A DNA stretch of 63,170 nucleotides, counting the filler, from Octopus bimaculoides (lineage: Eukaryota): the NCBI RefSeq assembly GCF_001194135.2. It is 5 parts of 4 records of this genome, joined end to end, with 100 filler letters (N's around TTAATTAATTAA, not from the genome) between each part and the next. Parts side by side here need not be neighbours in the genome. Positions count along the whole stretch, not along the records: positions 44,554 to 55,340 come from NC_068987.1; positions 55,441 to 59,801 come from NC_068996.1; positions 59,902 to 63,170 come from NC_068983.1; 2 more parts are not named here. One strand, given 5' to 3'. How positions within the stretch are numbered: position 1 is the first letter of the stretch; the number at the start of each line of letters is the position of its first letter. Below the pieces are notes generated by a model. That model saw nothing but the letters and a program-made list of their open reading frames with translations. It had not been told where the DNA came from and ran no database searches. Of the stretch, positions 50,430 to 63,170 are shown in pieces. The translations under genes and the position numbers were made by a program.

Positions 50430-50550
50430 GATGAAATAAGTACCGGTCTTTAAGTGTAATTACCGTGGGCGATTTGCTCGACTAAAACACTTGAAGGCGG
50501 TGCCCTAAACTGGGGGAAGTTCAATGAATGAAACAAATAGAAGATAAAAG
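50430..50550 (+). mobile_element. SINE family A-type tail, sense orientation
   Basis: aaataagtacc...gatttgctcgactaaaa..gaaggcggtgccc...aatgaatgaaacaa. Confidence 0.55.
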
Positions 50551-51964
50551 AGAAAAGATAATGTTTGATATCTGCTTCTGCTATCATGTCTTCATTTTTC
50601 TTTAATCATGATATTATTCGATAAATGTGAATAACTAGCGGCAATATTAACGAGAATCGATTACCATTCAAAACGCGTGTGTCAGATTGAAAGCAAGGCG
50701 TTTGATCATGTATACAACCAAGTGCAACAGGTCTGCCCAGCATAGGCCAAGATGAAAAACGAATCTTTAAGTGCAGATCAAATGAAACGGGCTGAGCGGA
50801 AAACGTTTCAGTTAATTACAATTTCACTGGTACTGTAAAAAGTACAAATTGCAGAACTTTAGATGAAACAATTATTATTGTAAGAAAAAGCAAGAGGCAG
50901 AATTCCAAAATGTAAATTTAAAACAAAAATTAAGTAGCTCATGTGATGGGGTGGGGAGTGAGTGTGATCTTTGGTAAACACATTGACAAATGTTATATTT
51001 CGGATTTATTAGACTTCTTTCTTGTTGTTTCGCCATACCATACATCAGTCAAAAACATAATAAATAGATATTTAATATACGTTCTCAAATGAAGCAACTG
51101 CTAGCGTAATTATTTAAGGATTAATCAGCAATGCGCTCTCCACGAAAAACTTATGATCAAAACAATTTCACTTCGAATATAGAGTTAATATATTTGTTAA
51201 TATATTTGTTATATATATATATATACGGATGGCTCCCACACAGTCTCAGTCTTTCAAATTCACTCACAAGTAAGAGGTTGGCTCATAGTGGTTTTGATAC
51301 CTGAAACCAGAGTTTTTGATAGAATAGGCATACCTGTAGATGTCAAGAATATAACACGCTTTATATCTGTGAGAAAGTCTCCATGTATTCTTATCTTAAT
51401 CGAACTAGTTAAATATTCTATGACTCCCAAGATTATTCTAGCATTTGAATGTTCAGGGTTTAACAATCATTTTGCCATAGTAGATTAAACTGGATATCAA
51501 CTCAAAATTTCTGAAGTACGCGGAGATGAAAGAGAAACAGTAAATTGCATATGAACTGATAACATATATTCCTAAAATATAAAACAATTTAAGATATTAT
51601 ATCGTCATAGAATGGCCAAATATTTCCTGTCCTACTTATCTGTTTGCCTAGCTGGCACTGCTTCACATATAAATGACTATATGTGCTGAAGGCATCAACG
51701 AATTACTGGAAAATGACACTTAATTAGGTGAAATACACTGCTGAGATTTTGTAGAACACGCAATAATACATCAGACTTCGATCGATAAAATGAAATAAAG
51801 GAAAATTGTAAAACAGTATGAAATCTCTTATTTGAAGCATCAATAAAGGTTCAATTACTAGAACCTTAATAGTGCTCAGGCGCTGATATTTGTATTGTGC
51901 TTTGTTTCGTTGTTGTGGTTGGCATTGTTATATTGGCAAAGGAAGAAATGTAACACAGGAAGAA

Positions 51965-52001
<37 letters not shown>

Positions 52002-52169
52002 GTTAAACGAGAATAGTAAAAATGAACCCGAATGCTATGCTCTTAAAACTAGGTAAATAACAGCAAAAATAATGTATATATATATATATACAGGGTTCAA
52101 CACAAAGTTAAATTAATTATATTTGTATAAGTATGTGTGTATATATGTATATACGTATGTAACCATAAT

Positions 52170-53270
<1,101 letters not shown>

Positions 53271-53299
53271 CGCCTTCACTCCAGATTTTTCCTCTTTCC

Positions 53300-53450
53300 T
53301 ATTTATGACGAAGAGTCGAACTCGAAACGTCACACACAAACTCCCTTTTCCATATTAAACTTTGTTTGAGCGTAAATCTAATACATTTATTGTATACACC
53401 CTTTTGACTTTTGTTGTTTTTCCTGTTTGTGCTTTATTTTCAATTTACAT
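53300..53450 (+). mobile_element. Penelope-like terminal fragment with a degenerate hammerhead-like motif
   Basis: atgacga-a-gag-tcgaa-ctc-gaaa-c-gtc at 53305-53331, then tgagcgtaaatctaatac as after the 16332 motif (cgagcgtcaaactaatac). Confidence 0.55.
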
Positions 53451-54400
53451 ATATATATACATATATATATANNNNNNNNNNNNNNNNNNNNNNNNNNNNN
53501 NNNNNNNNNNNNNNNNNNNNNNNNNNNNNNNNNNNNNNNNNNNNNNNNNNNNNNNNNNNNNNNNNNNNNNNNNNNNNNNNNNNNNNNNNNNNNNNNNNNN
53601 NNNNNNNNNNNNNNNNNNNNNNNNNNNNNNNNNNNNNNNNNNNNNNNNNNNNNNNNNNNNNNNNNNNNNNNNNNNNNNNNNNNNNNNNNNNNNNNNNNNN
53701 NNNNNNNNNNNNNNNNNNNNNNNNNNNNNNNNNNNNNNNNNNNNNNNNNNNNNNNNNNNNNNNNNNNNNNNNNNNNNNNNNNNNNNNNNNNNNNNNNNNN
53801 NNNNNNNNNNNNNNNNNNNNNNNNNNNNNNNNNNNNNNNNNNNNNNNNNNNNNNNNNNNNNNNNNNNNNNNNNNNNNNNNNNNNNNNNNNNNNNNNNNNN
53901 NNNNNNNNNNNNNNNNNNNNNNNNNNNNNNNNNNNNNNNNNNNNNNNNNNNNNNNNNNNNNNNNNNNNNNNNNNNNNNNNNNNNNNNNNNNNNNNNNNNN
54001 NNNNNNNNNNNNNNNNNNNNNNNNNNNNNNNNNNNNNNNNNNNNNNNNNNNNNNNNNNNNNNNNNNNNNNNNNNNNNNNNNNNNNNNNNNNNNNNNNNNN
54101 NNNNNNNNNNNNNNNNNNNNNNNNNNNNNNNNNNNNNNNNNNNNNNNNNNNNNNNNNNNNNNNNNNNNNNNNNNNNNNNNNNNNNNNNNNNNNNNNNNNN
54201 NNNNNNNNNNNNNNNNNNNNNNNNNNNNNNNNNNNNNNNNNNNNNNNNNNNNNNNNNNNNNNNNNNNNNNNNNNNNNNNNNNNNNNNNNNNNNNNNNNNN
54301 NNNNNNNNNNNNNNNNNNNNNNNNNNNNNNNNNNNNNNNNNNNNNNNNNNNNNNNNNNNNNNNNNNNNNNNNNNNNNNNNNNNNNNNNNNNNNNNNNNNN

Positions 54401-54432
<32 letters not shown>

Positions 54433-55094
54433 TATGTGTGTGTGTTTGTGTGTATATATAAAGTTTACAGTCATATGTTTCTACTTAAGTATATGGGTAT
54501 ATATCTGGGGTTCTCAAATGCATACACACATACACCCCCACACACATATACCCAGTCAAGCACAAACATATACAATTAGAAAAATGGCCACACATGCAAA
54601 CAAATCCTCAACTCATACGAATACATACATCCATACTAAGATATACAGTAAATTATGTTGGAATATGCATGTCTAAATACATACGCACAAACGTTAATGC
54701 GCATAATGTATAGCTATATACATATGATACACATATACGATACATATCTGTATCTTGTATGTTTTTGTATTTATATGCTCACACAAGCACATACACACAC
54801 ATACTAACACATACGTGCGCGCACTCGTACACACGCACACATGCAATAACACATACACACACNNNNNNNNNNTATATATATTTATATACACATATATACT
54901 TGTATTACACATAGGTATTTACGTATATATTCTCATATTCATGTACATAAAAACGTACGTATATTAAGCAATAAATTCACATTTATTCGCTTATAGGTTT
55001 ACAAAGTTTCATTAATACATTTCCTCATTTACGATGTAAAGACATAAATCTTGACCGAAAAGTCTTGAAATATGCCTACTCATGCACACACACG

Positions 55095-55132
<38 letters not shown>

Positions 55133-55440
55133 CACACGCACCCACAGGCTCATAAACTCTCACACACACGCACACACATATGATGCATGCCTTAATAAGT
55201 ATACACATATATTTTATGTGTCTGTATCTATGCATAAGTATACATATTAAATAATGTACACATATATATATATATACATATATATATACATATATATACA
55301 TATATATACATAGATACATATATATATATATATATATATANNNNNNNNNNNNNNNNNNNNNNNNNNNNNNNNNNNNNNNNNNNNTTAATTAATTAANNNN
55401 NNNNNNNNNNNNNNNNNNNNNNNNNNNNNNNNNNNNNNNN

Positions 55441-55830
55441 AGGGGGCTGAGGACGGAACCTTGGTGGACCCCTACCTCTACCCGGAATTCATTGCTGTAC
55501 TCATTTCCAACCCTCACCTTACTGGCCGCATCTCTGTACATGGCTCGCACAGCTCTCACTAGCCATTCTTCTATCCCAAGTTTCCTCATTGACCACCAGA
55601 TAAGGGATCGGGGGACCCTGTCAAAGGCTTTCTCCATGTCAACGAAAGCCAGGTACAGAGGTTTATCCTTGGCTAGGTATTTCTCTTGCAACTGTCTCAC
55701 TAGAAATAAGGCATCAGTAGTGCTTTTACCTGGCACGAACCCAAACTGCATCTCATCTAAATTGATTCGCTCCCTAATTAGTTGGGCTATGACCCTCTCT
55801 GTAACTTTCATAACCTGATCTAACAGCTTG
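55441..55830 (-). mobile_element. RTE LINE reverse transcriptase fragment, uninterrupted, truncated by a gap
   Basis: LKLLDQVMKVTERV..QFGFVPGKSTTDALF..FVDMEKAFDRVPR..VGVHQGSVLSP. Confidence 0.95.
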
Positions 55831-56368
55831 AATGTGAGATAGATATATATATATTCTCCTGGATGGTATAATAATAGATTTGAACACAAATCTTAGAATT
55901 TGTAGTTCAACATTTCCTCCATTTGGTCATTTCAATTTATTTTGTGCAAGATCAGTAAAATTTTGTTTCAAAGTAATAGATGTGAAGGACCAGTTTTCTT
56001 TCCAGCCAGACCAGAAATTAGACTTAGGCATTAGCCTGAATCATTCCTGAAGAGTTCTAGAGATCATCATCATCATTTAATGTCCATCTTCCATGCATAC
56101 ATGGGTAAGATGGTTGATAGGAGCCAACCAGGTAGAAGACTACTCTACCTGGTCTATTGACTACTTCACCCACCCATTTCACTGCCCTTATAAGTCAACT
56201 TATTTACTTACCTTTACACAAATAGGTATCACTGAAGAATGTTGAGAAAAAACTTTAATCCAAGCAGCTCGATAGCTAGATTCTTTCCATGATATCAGTG
56301 ATTCTAAAAATTAAAAAACAAATAAATTTAAATTAGCAATATAAATGAAGAAAGTATTAATATTAAGT

Positions 56369-56720
56369 TTAACCATTTTGTTACCATATTTCTGTTGAAA
56401 TACCTTACTTTTGTTTCAATTAATTCTGAAATAATGAAGAATTTAGTAAAATAACTTTATTATTAAGCTGGTGTTTAGAATATGAATTAACACGGAATTT
56501 TGATGGAAGATTTTAAAGTTAGGTCACTTGAATCCTTTTGTTTTCATAATTCCATTCAAATCTAGTGCCTTTGTTTCAATTGATTTTGAAAATAATGAAG
56601 AATTTAGTAAAATAACTTTGTCATAATTAACTGGTGTTTGGAACATATATTAACATGAAATTTTGAAGGAAGATTTTAATTTAAATCACTTTAAACAGGA
56701 AATTACTATCATGGAAACAA
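56369..56720 (+). mobile_element. Two tandem partial copies of a piggyBac-type MITE
   Basis: ttaaccattttgttacc start; tttgtttcaatt...aataatgaagaatttagtaaaataacttt occurs twice; homologous to 57144-57358. Confidence 0.6.
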
Positions 56721-56809
56721 GGGCATTTTCAAGCAGTCATATCAAAAGTGTTGTGTGGCTTTTAAGAGCAATGGAGATAGTGCATAGTGGCACTAAAACT
56801 GGTAAAGTG

Positions 56810-56995
56810 AAATTTATTCTCAGTCCACTCTGCAGAGTAGTTGGTGTTAGGAAGAGCATCCAGCCATAAAACCCCTGCCAAAACAGACACAGTAGGCTGG
56901 GGTAGTCTTCTACCTAGTTGGCGCCTGTCAACTGTCCTATCTATGCATGCATGGAAGATGGATGTTAAACAATGATGATAATGATGATGATGATG
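56810..56995 (+). mobile_element. RTE-type 3' tail fragment
   Basis: gttggtgttaggaagagcatccagc...gcatggaagatggatgttaaacaatgatgat. Confidence 0.65.
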
Positions 56996-57143
56996 GAAAG
57001 TTTTGAGGTGGGGTGTTGGTGTGTACCAAGATTCCTTCCTCAGTTCCTAAGTTATTAAAACTATAGAAAGGAGTGTGGTGCTGAATGAATGTCCCAAACT
57101 TTTTGATGAACTGCTTTTATCTGAGGGTAAATCTGAGAGTTAA

Positions 57144-57358
57144 CCCTCTTGTTACTATCAATATTTTGAAAGGCATAAACTTTTCTTCAACTAATTTTGA
57201 AAAGAATGAAGTAACTAGTAAAGTAACATTGTTATTATTAAGTTGCTGTTTGGAATTAACATAAAATTTTGATAGAAGGTTTTAAATTAGATCACTTTAA
57301 AAAGAGAATTTGTATTATAGAACCAAGATTGATTTGAGAAGGGTTGGTATGAAAAGGG
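57144..57358 (+). mobile_element. About 215-bp piggyBac-type MITE
   Basis: ttaa|ccctcttgttact ... ggtatgaaaaggg|agtaa (TTAA-like flanks, CCC/GGG ends). Confidence 0.6.
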
Positions 57359-57396
57359 AGTAACAGGCATAACCTTCTCACTGTTTGATGATAAAA

Positions 57397-57845
57397 TCAT
57401 TATCATCATCATCATTTAACGTCCATTTTCCATGCTGGCAGGAGTTGGACAGTTTGACAGGAGCTGACCAGCTGAGGGACTGTTCAGGCTCCCTGTCTGT
57501 TTTGGCATGGTTTTTACAGCTAGATTTCCTTCCTAATTCCAACCTGTTTACAGAGTGTATTCGGTGCTTTTGCACAGTACTGGTATGGGTGCCTTTTACA
57601 TGGTACCAGCACCTACAAGCCTGCAAGATTAGGGATGCTCAGCTGGTTGCAAGGGCAACCACGCTTTTACTTAGCTTGGTATGTCTTTTCAAGCACAGCA
57701 AACTGCCAAGAGTCTGTCCCCTGTCGTCCCCTCTTTGAGTCCTAATGTCTGTAGATATTTTCTCACCACTTCGTCCCATGTTTTCTTGAGTCCACCCCTT
57801 CCACATGTCCCCTCTACAATTAGAGATCAGCACCTCTTGATGCAT
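57397..57845 (-). mobile_element. RTE LINE 3' end (ORF C-terminus, 3'UTR, (GAT)n tail)
   Basis: LIVEGTCGRGGLKKTWDEVVRKYLQTLGL; UTR shared with 36213-36745. Confidence 0.8.
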
Positions 57846-58119
57846 ACCACTTATATAATACTACATGTGATAAAAAAAATACATATTATAAAATATTGAA
57901 TAAAAGTTTGCCAATAGTTTCAGATTTTCTTCAGAAATATAATTGCCTTAAATTTAAAGATTTAAATATATTTGAAGAATTTTACATACTTGCTAATTTC
58001 TCCTCAAAGTCATGATCATTAGAAAAAGCAATTTCATTACTTAAAATTGTAATTCCACGATATCTGAAAAAAAAAAAAAAAATGAAAAGTTTTTAAGTGT
58101 GCATGCATGAATGTGTGTC

Positions 58120-58270
58120 TTTTATCTTTTATTTGTTTCAGTTATTAGATTGTGGCCATGATGAACACTGCCTTGAAAAATTTTTAGCTAAATGAATCGG
58201 CTCCAGGACTTGATGTTCTTTAAAGGCTGGTATTTATCCTATTGGTCTCCTTTGCTGGACCACTAAGTTA
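58120..58270 (-). mobile_element. Degenerate SINE family A tail
   Basis: tttgtttcagttattagattgtggccatgatg..ccaggactt..cctattggtctcctttgctggaccactaagttac. Confidence 0.6.
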
Positions 58271-59295
58271 CTCGCGTGCGTGTGCATGCGTGCACATGTG
58301 TGTGTGTGTGTGTGTAATAATAGTCTAATATACAAACAAGGAAACATGCAAAATACAACAAGAAGCAATTATATCAATATTAAAGTAAATATCAGTTCCC
58401 CTAGACATTGTGTTGTGTTTCAGTTAATAACTTAGTCTCCACAGTGGAAGAAAGAGTTGTGTATATATAACAATATTTTAAAAACAGTATTGGACTATTT
58501 CATGTTATTACCAGTGTTATAGTAAGACAGATACTTTACCAATTGCACTTTTTGCACAACAAATAAAATCTTAAAGCTCCTAGTTTTTAAGATGGTTGAG
58601 CTCTCATATTCTACACAACAAATGCAAAAGATCTATGCAAAAGCAGATTCCATGTTTGTAGTCTATAAAATTCTATAATATTGTCTTTGAGAGCACAAAA
58701 ATGGTAATTCAAAAAATAACACACACAAATACATAATGTGTATGCAGCTCTGTGAGTGTTTGTGTAAATACTTATGCACGTGAGCGTATGTATGTACCTG
58801 CATGTGTATATAAGTATATATAAAATCATCTTTGTTTTAGGTCCACTTTTCCATGCTCACATGGGGTGGATGGAATTTGTTGAGACAGACTTTCTACAGC
58901 CAGATGTCCTCCTGTTGCCAACCCTCACCTGTTTCCAGACATATATCAGCATAATGGAAATAAAGAACATCACATGTATGAAGGTGACACTTGTTTACAA
59001 CTATCACACAATGTCTTGAAAAAGGGACAGTAACACACACACATACGGCAAAAGAAGTTTTTGAAAAATGTTGATGTGTCTGCTATGTTAAATACTTATT
59101 CTGACCCAGAATACACTCATCAATACATACACATGCATACACACATTCATACATACATACATACATACATACATACATACATGCACACATATAATACATG
59201 CATACATATACACATAGATACATATATACATATATTTATATACATATATGGCTAACATTTGCCCTGTTTATAATTGTACTATATGTTACATATAA

Positions 59296-59335
<40 letters not shown>

Positions 59336-59529
59336 TTTGTAAAAAAAACATAAATTCGAAAGAAGAACCACACTCTAAGATGTAGAGCAGTATATATTAA
59401 AAATGGGGAAGGCCAGTTTATGAGATTACCTTAGATTTGTCGTCCATAAAGGGTTTAACTTTTTAGTAGAAAGTGGGTTATACATCTTTAGATTGTATAC
59501 CTGACTTTCTACTAAAAAATTAAAGAAAT

Positions 59530-59801
59530 TGACGGAACGCTGAACTCCAGACTAAACAACTTAAACAACATTTATTTACTTGGTAAAACATACATATCTT
59601 TAGTTATACATCTTTAGAGGTGAGAATAACGAGCTGTCGAGTATAAGACCGAAAGATGTAGAGACAGCTTTAAACACACGTCCCTGCTCAATCGCTGGCC
59701 AGCAAGAAAGAGAATGAATTGAGCGGGAAACGCTTGCTTTATTAATTCCATGCATGCGTAAGACTACGCATGCGCAGGCGTTACTACAGAGCTCCCTCGC
59801 C
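59530..59801 (-). mobile_element. Probable LTR with polypurine tract; internal region in the gap
   Basis: Minus strand ggcgagggagctc|TGtagtaacgcc ... aataaa ... ccgtCA. Confidence 0.45.
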
Positions 59802-59942
59802 NNNNNNNNNNNNNNNNNNNNNNNNNNNNNNNNNNNNNNNNNNNNTTAATTAATTAANNNNNNNNNNNNNNNNNNNNNNNNNNNNNNNNNNNNNNNNNNN
59901 NATATATATATATATATATATACATGTATATGTATATATGCT

Positions 59943-60185
59943 CTCTCTTTTACTCTTTTACTTGTTTCAGTCATTTGACTGCCGTCATGCTGGAGCATCG
60001 GATTTAGTCGAAGAGATCGACCCCATCACTTATTCTATATATGCCTAGTACTTATGCTATCGGTCTATTTTGCCGAACCGCTAAGTTACGGGAACATAAA
60101 CTCACCAACATCGATTGTTAAACGATGCTGGGGGTCAAGCACAAACACACCATTACATACATAGATACATACATACATACATACA

Positions 60186-60219
<34 letters not shown>

Positions 60220-60873
60220 CATATACATATACATATATATATATAAATGTTTATATATATATATATANNNNNNNNNNNNNNNNNNNNNNNNNNNNNNNNN
60301 NNNNNNNNNNNNNNNNNNNNNNNNNNNNNNNNNNNNNNNNNNNNNNNNNNNNNNNNNNNNNNNNNNNNNNNNNNNNNNNNNNNNNNNNNNNNNNNNNNNN
60401 NNNNNNNNNNNNNNNNNNNNNNNNNNNNNNNNNNNNNNNNNNNNNNNNNNNNNNNNNNNNNNNNNNNNNNNNNNNNNNNNNNNNNNNNNNNNNNNNNNNN
60501 NNNNNNNNNNNNNNNNNNNNNNNNNNNNNNNNNNNNNNNNNNNNNNNNNNNNNNNNNNNNNNNNNNNNNNNNNNNNNNNNNNNNNNNNNNNNNNNNNNNN
60601 NNNNNNNNNNNNNNNNNNNNNNNNNNNNNNNNNNNNNNNNNNNNNNNNNNNNNNNNNNNNNNNNNNNNNNNNNNNNNNNNNNNNNNNNNNNNNNNNNNNN
60701 NNNNNNNNNNNNNNNNNNNNNNNNNNGTTTCCGCCTATGAAATCCACTCATAAGGCTTTGGTCGACCCGAGCCTATAGTAGAAGACACTTGCCCAAGGTT
60801 CCACTGCGTGAGACTGAACCCGGAACCATGTGGTTGGGAAGCAAGCTACTTATCACAAAGCCGCTCCTGCGCC
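59943..60873 (-). mobile_element. SINE family A spanning an N gap
   Basis: Tail half 59943-60150 and head half 60727-60873 are collinear with 12825-13233. Confidence 0.8.
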
Positions 60874-60925
60874 TAGGCAAGACACACACACACATACGCA
60901 CAAATATCTATGTGTGTGTGTGTGT

Positions 60926-60979
<54 letters not shown>

Positions 60980-61497
60980 GTATGTGTGAGCGGGGGTGGA
61001 CACACACGCAAATGCGTAGAAAGACGTGTTTTGAGAGATGAAAGGAGAAGGATAGAGAACATAAGCAAAAAAAAACAAAAACAAGGTGGGGGTGATGAAA
61101 TGATTAGAGAGATATAAAGAGAGGTAGATAACAGAGAAAGGTCACGGAAGAGGCATGCTGAAGCAGGTTTTCAGAGTCAGTGCCAACAATATTTTTCTAC
61201 GGCGAACCTTGCCACCAAAGGTTTTAATAAAGCTGCGAAGATATGAAACCAGAGGCAAGTAATGATAACTACATACAAGTCCACTTTACAGTGGATGCAT
61301 CTGAACAATACAGAATCAGACATGATGACTGGTGAGATGATGTAAGTGCGGTGATTTGATAGCAAATCCTTTGCCAAAGAACTGGAGGCGCTGTTTCGAA
61401 TAGCAGTAACGTTAACCTTTCTCTCTTCACATATTTTTGTTGGTTATTTTCTTGATTATGTCCGGTGTATGTGGATGTGTGTGTGTTTGTGTGTGTG

Positions 61498-61535
<38 letters not shown>

Positions 61536-62581
61536 TATGCATATACATGCATGTGTTAATTGAACGTATGCGTGTTTGAGTGAGTGTGCATTGGTGTATG
61601 AATATTTTAATGAGTTTTTGTGTATTTGTGAATGTGGGGTTTTATTGTCATTTTATGTATATATCTGTGAGAATGTGTAGGTGTATGAGTGTATGTGCTT
61701 GTGTGTGTGTGTGTGTATGTGTTTGTGTGTGTGCGTGTGCGGGTGTGTGTGCGTGTGTGTGCGCGTCCGTGTGCATAATATATATGCGCGTATTGTGCGA
61801 GTTTGTGCGTATTCTGTCTTGAGTTTTTAATGTATATTTGTATGTATATGTGCCTGTGCTTTTTTTGTGTGTGTATGTGTGTGTGTATGTATACGGACCT
61901 GTATGTGTGCGGGAGCGCGCGAACGTATGCGTTTTCCCTAAATTCTTCTAGTATTCATTTTTCGATATACTTTGTTATTAATTCTGTGTCAAACCACTTA
62001 CTGCTTTATTATGATTTCGATTCTCAGGTGAAATCCAATTCTTGTACATCAATAATTTTGCTGATAGCAGCCACAAAAAAGGCATGAAAGACACCATCCT
62101 CTTATAATATTAGTATATCACTTAATCATTATCCCGTGGATAAGAGAACATGTAAACCAACACTTGATATAGTAAAAATAACAAATCGCACCCTACTACC
62201 TTAAATAAAGAATAGTTACATTGGATAGTGTAGTCCTAGATACCTTTGAAAATACGGGATGTTCAAGGATGATATGCCTTCCATCATAGATCTGCACAAA
62301 GCAGCAACAGTCCACGCTTGCACAAATCGTGCGCATGTGTAAACACACTAAACTTTTAAACTGTTTAATCAAAGGAAAATGAGCATTTAAGAACGAACGT
62401 TCCGACTGGTCTATGAAGACGTGCAGTGGTATTCATCACTCGCTGAAACAAGTGTATGTCAGCCTGATAACGACACCAGAGGCCAGTTCAATATGTTTTT
62501 ACGACAAAATGAGGGTAGCAAATGTCTTTCCGCATTCGAGTGTACACAAGTGTGCTAAATTCAAATGCAAATATTTACTCA

Positions 62582-63170
62582 CACACACACACATATGATA
62601 TTTATATATGCATATATTAAATATATATAAAAATTATAAATGTACGCGCGCGCATGCACACACACGCACAACACACGTGTATATGTAAAAGGATAACATC
62701 CTTCCCGAGGTAATATAAACTCATAGAGCCTGTTTCCCAGTTTCTATGGTGCATATATTCACCCCTGGAAGATGCCAGTCTATCGCAGCATTACTCATTT
62801 TTGCCAATTGAGTGAACTGGACTAGAGCAACATGAAATGAAGTGTTCTTCTCAAGAATACAACGCGTCGCCCGGCCCAGAAATCGAAACCACAATCTTAT
62901 GTTCATGAGTCCAAAACCCTAACGACGCGCCTTCACACACACACACATATGATATTTATATATGCATATATTAAATATATATAAAAATTATAAATGTACG
63001 CGCGCGCATGCACACACACGCACAACACACGTGTATATGTAAAAGGATAACATCCTTCCCGAGGTAATATAAACTCATAGAGCCTGTTTCCCAGTTTCTA
63101 TGGTGCATATATTCACCCCTGGAAGATGCCAGTCTATCGCAGCATTACTCATTTTTGCCAATTGAGTGAA
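62582..63170 (+). repeat. 354-bp direct tandem duplication containing a family C SINE (minus strand)
   Basis: tgtacgcgcg at 62641 and 62995; copies appear identical up to the window end. Confidence 0.9.

Noticed and set aside
59628-59670. ctgtcga...gaaa hammerhead-like string in the LTR
   Set aside because: No credible stem II or cleavage triplet; explained by a simple agctgtc/gacagct hairpin

Overview
AT-rich, gap-rich draft eukaryotic scaffold. The dense AT/AC/ATAC/ATT microsatellites and the recurring tRNA-headed SINE families look like an octopus (cephalopod) genome; this is recognition only, not verified. No complete protein-coding gene can be reconstructed. Most identifiable sequence is decayed mobile DNA: R4/Dong-like restriction-endonuclease LINE pieces flanked by (TAA)n, a second RLE-LINE family next to (TACA)n, RTE, CR1/L2, Tx1/L1 and Penelope-like fragments (some with minimal hammerhead-like motifs), a full-length Mutator (FLYWCH+MULE) element with a 10-bp TSD, Tc1 and maT-like remnants, MITEs, a Helitron-like element and a probable LTR. 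Host-like signals are a strong heat-shock-type promoter (37880-38153: HSE array, inverted CCAAT, ETS, TATA, TCT-like start, splice donor), a candidate exon resembling the glutamate-receptor amino-terminal domain (26536-26756), and a frameshift-free pseudogenised ORF of a family I cannot name (32379-33180). Nearly all ORFs in the supplied track are microsatellite or N-gap artefacts. Element boundaries are read by eye and are approximate unless a TSD or TIR is quoted.
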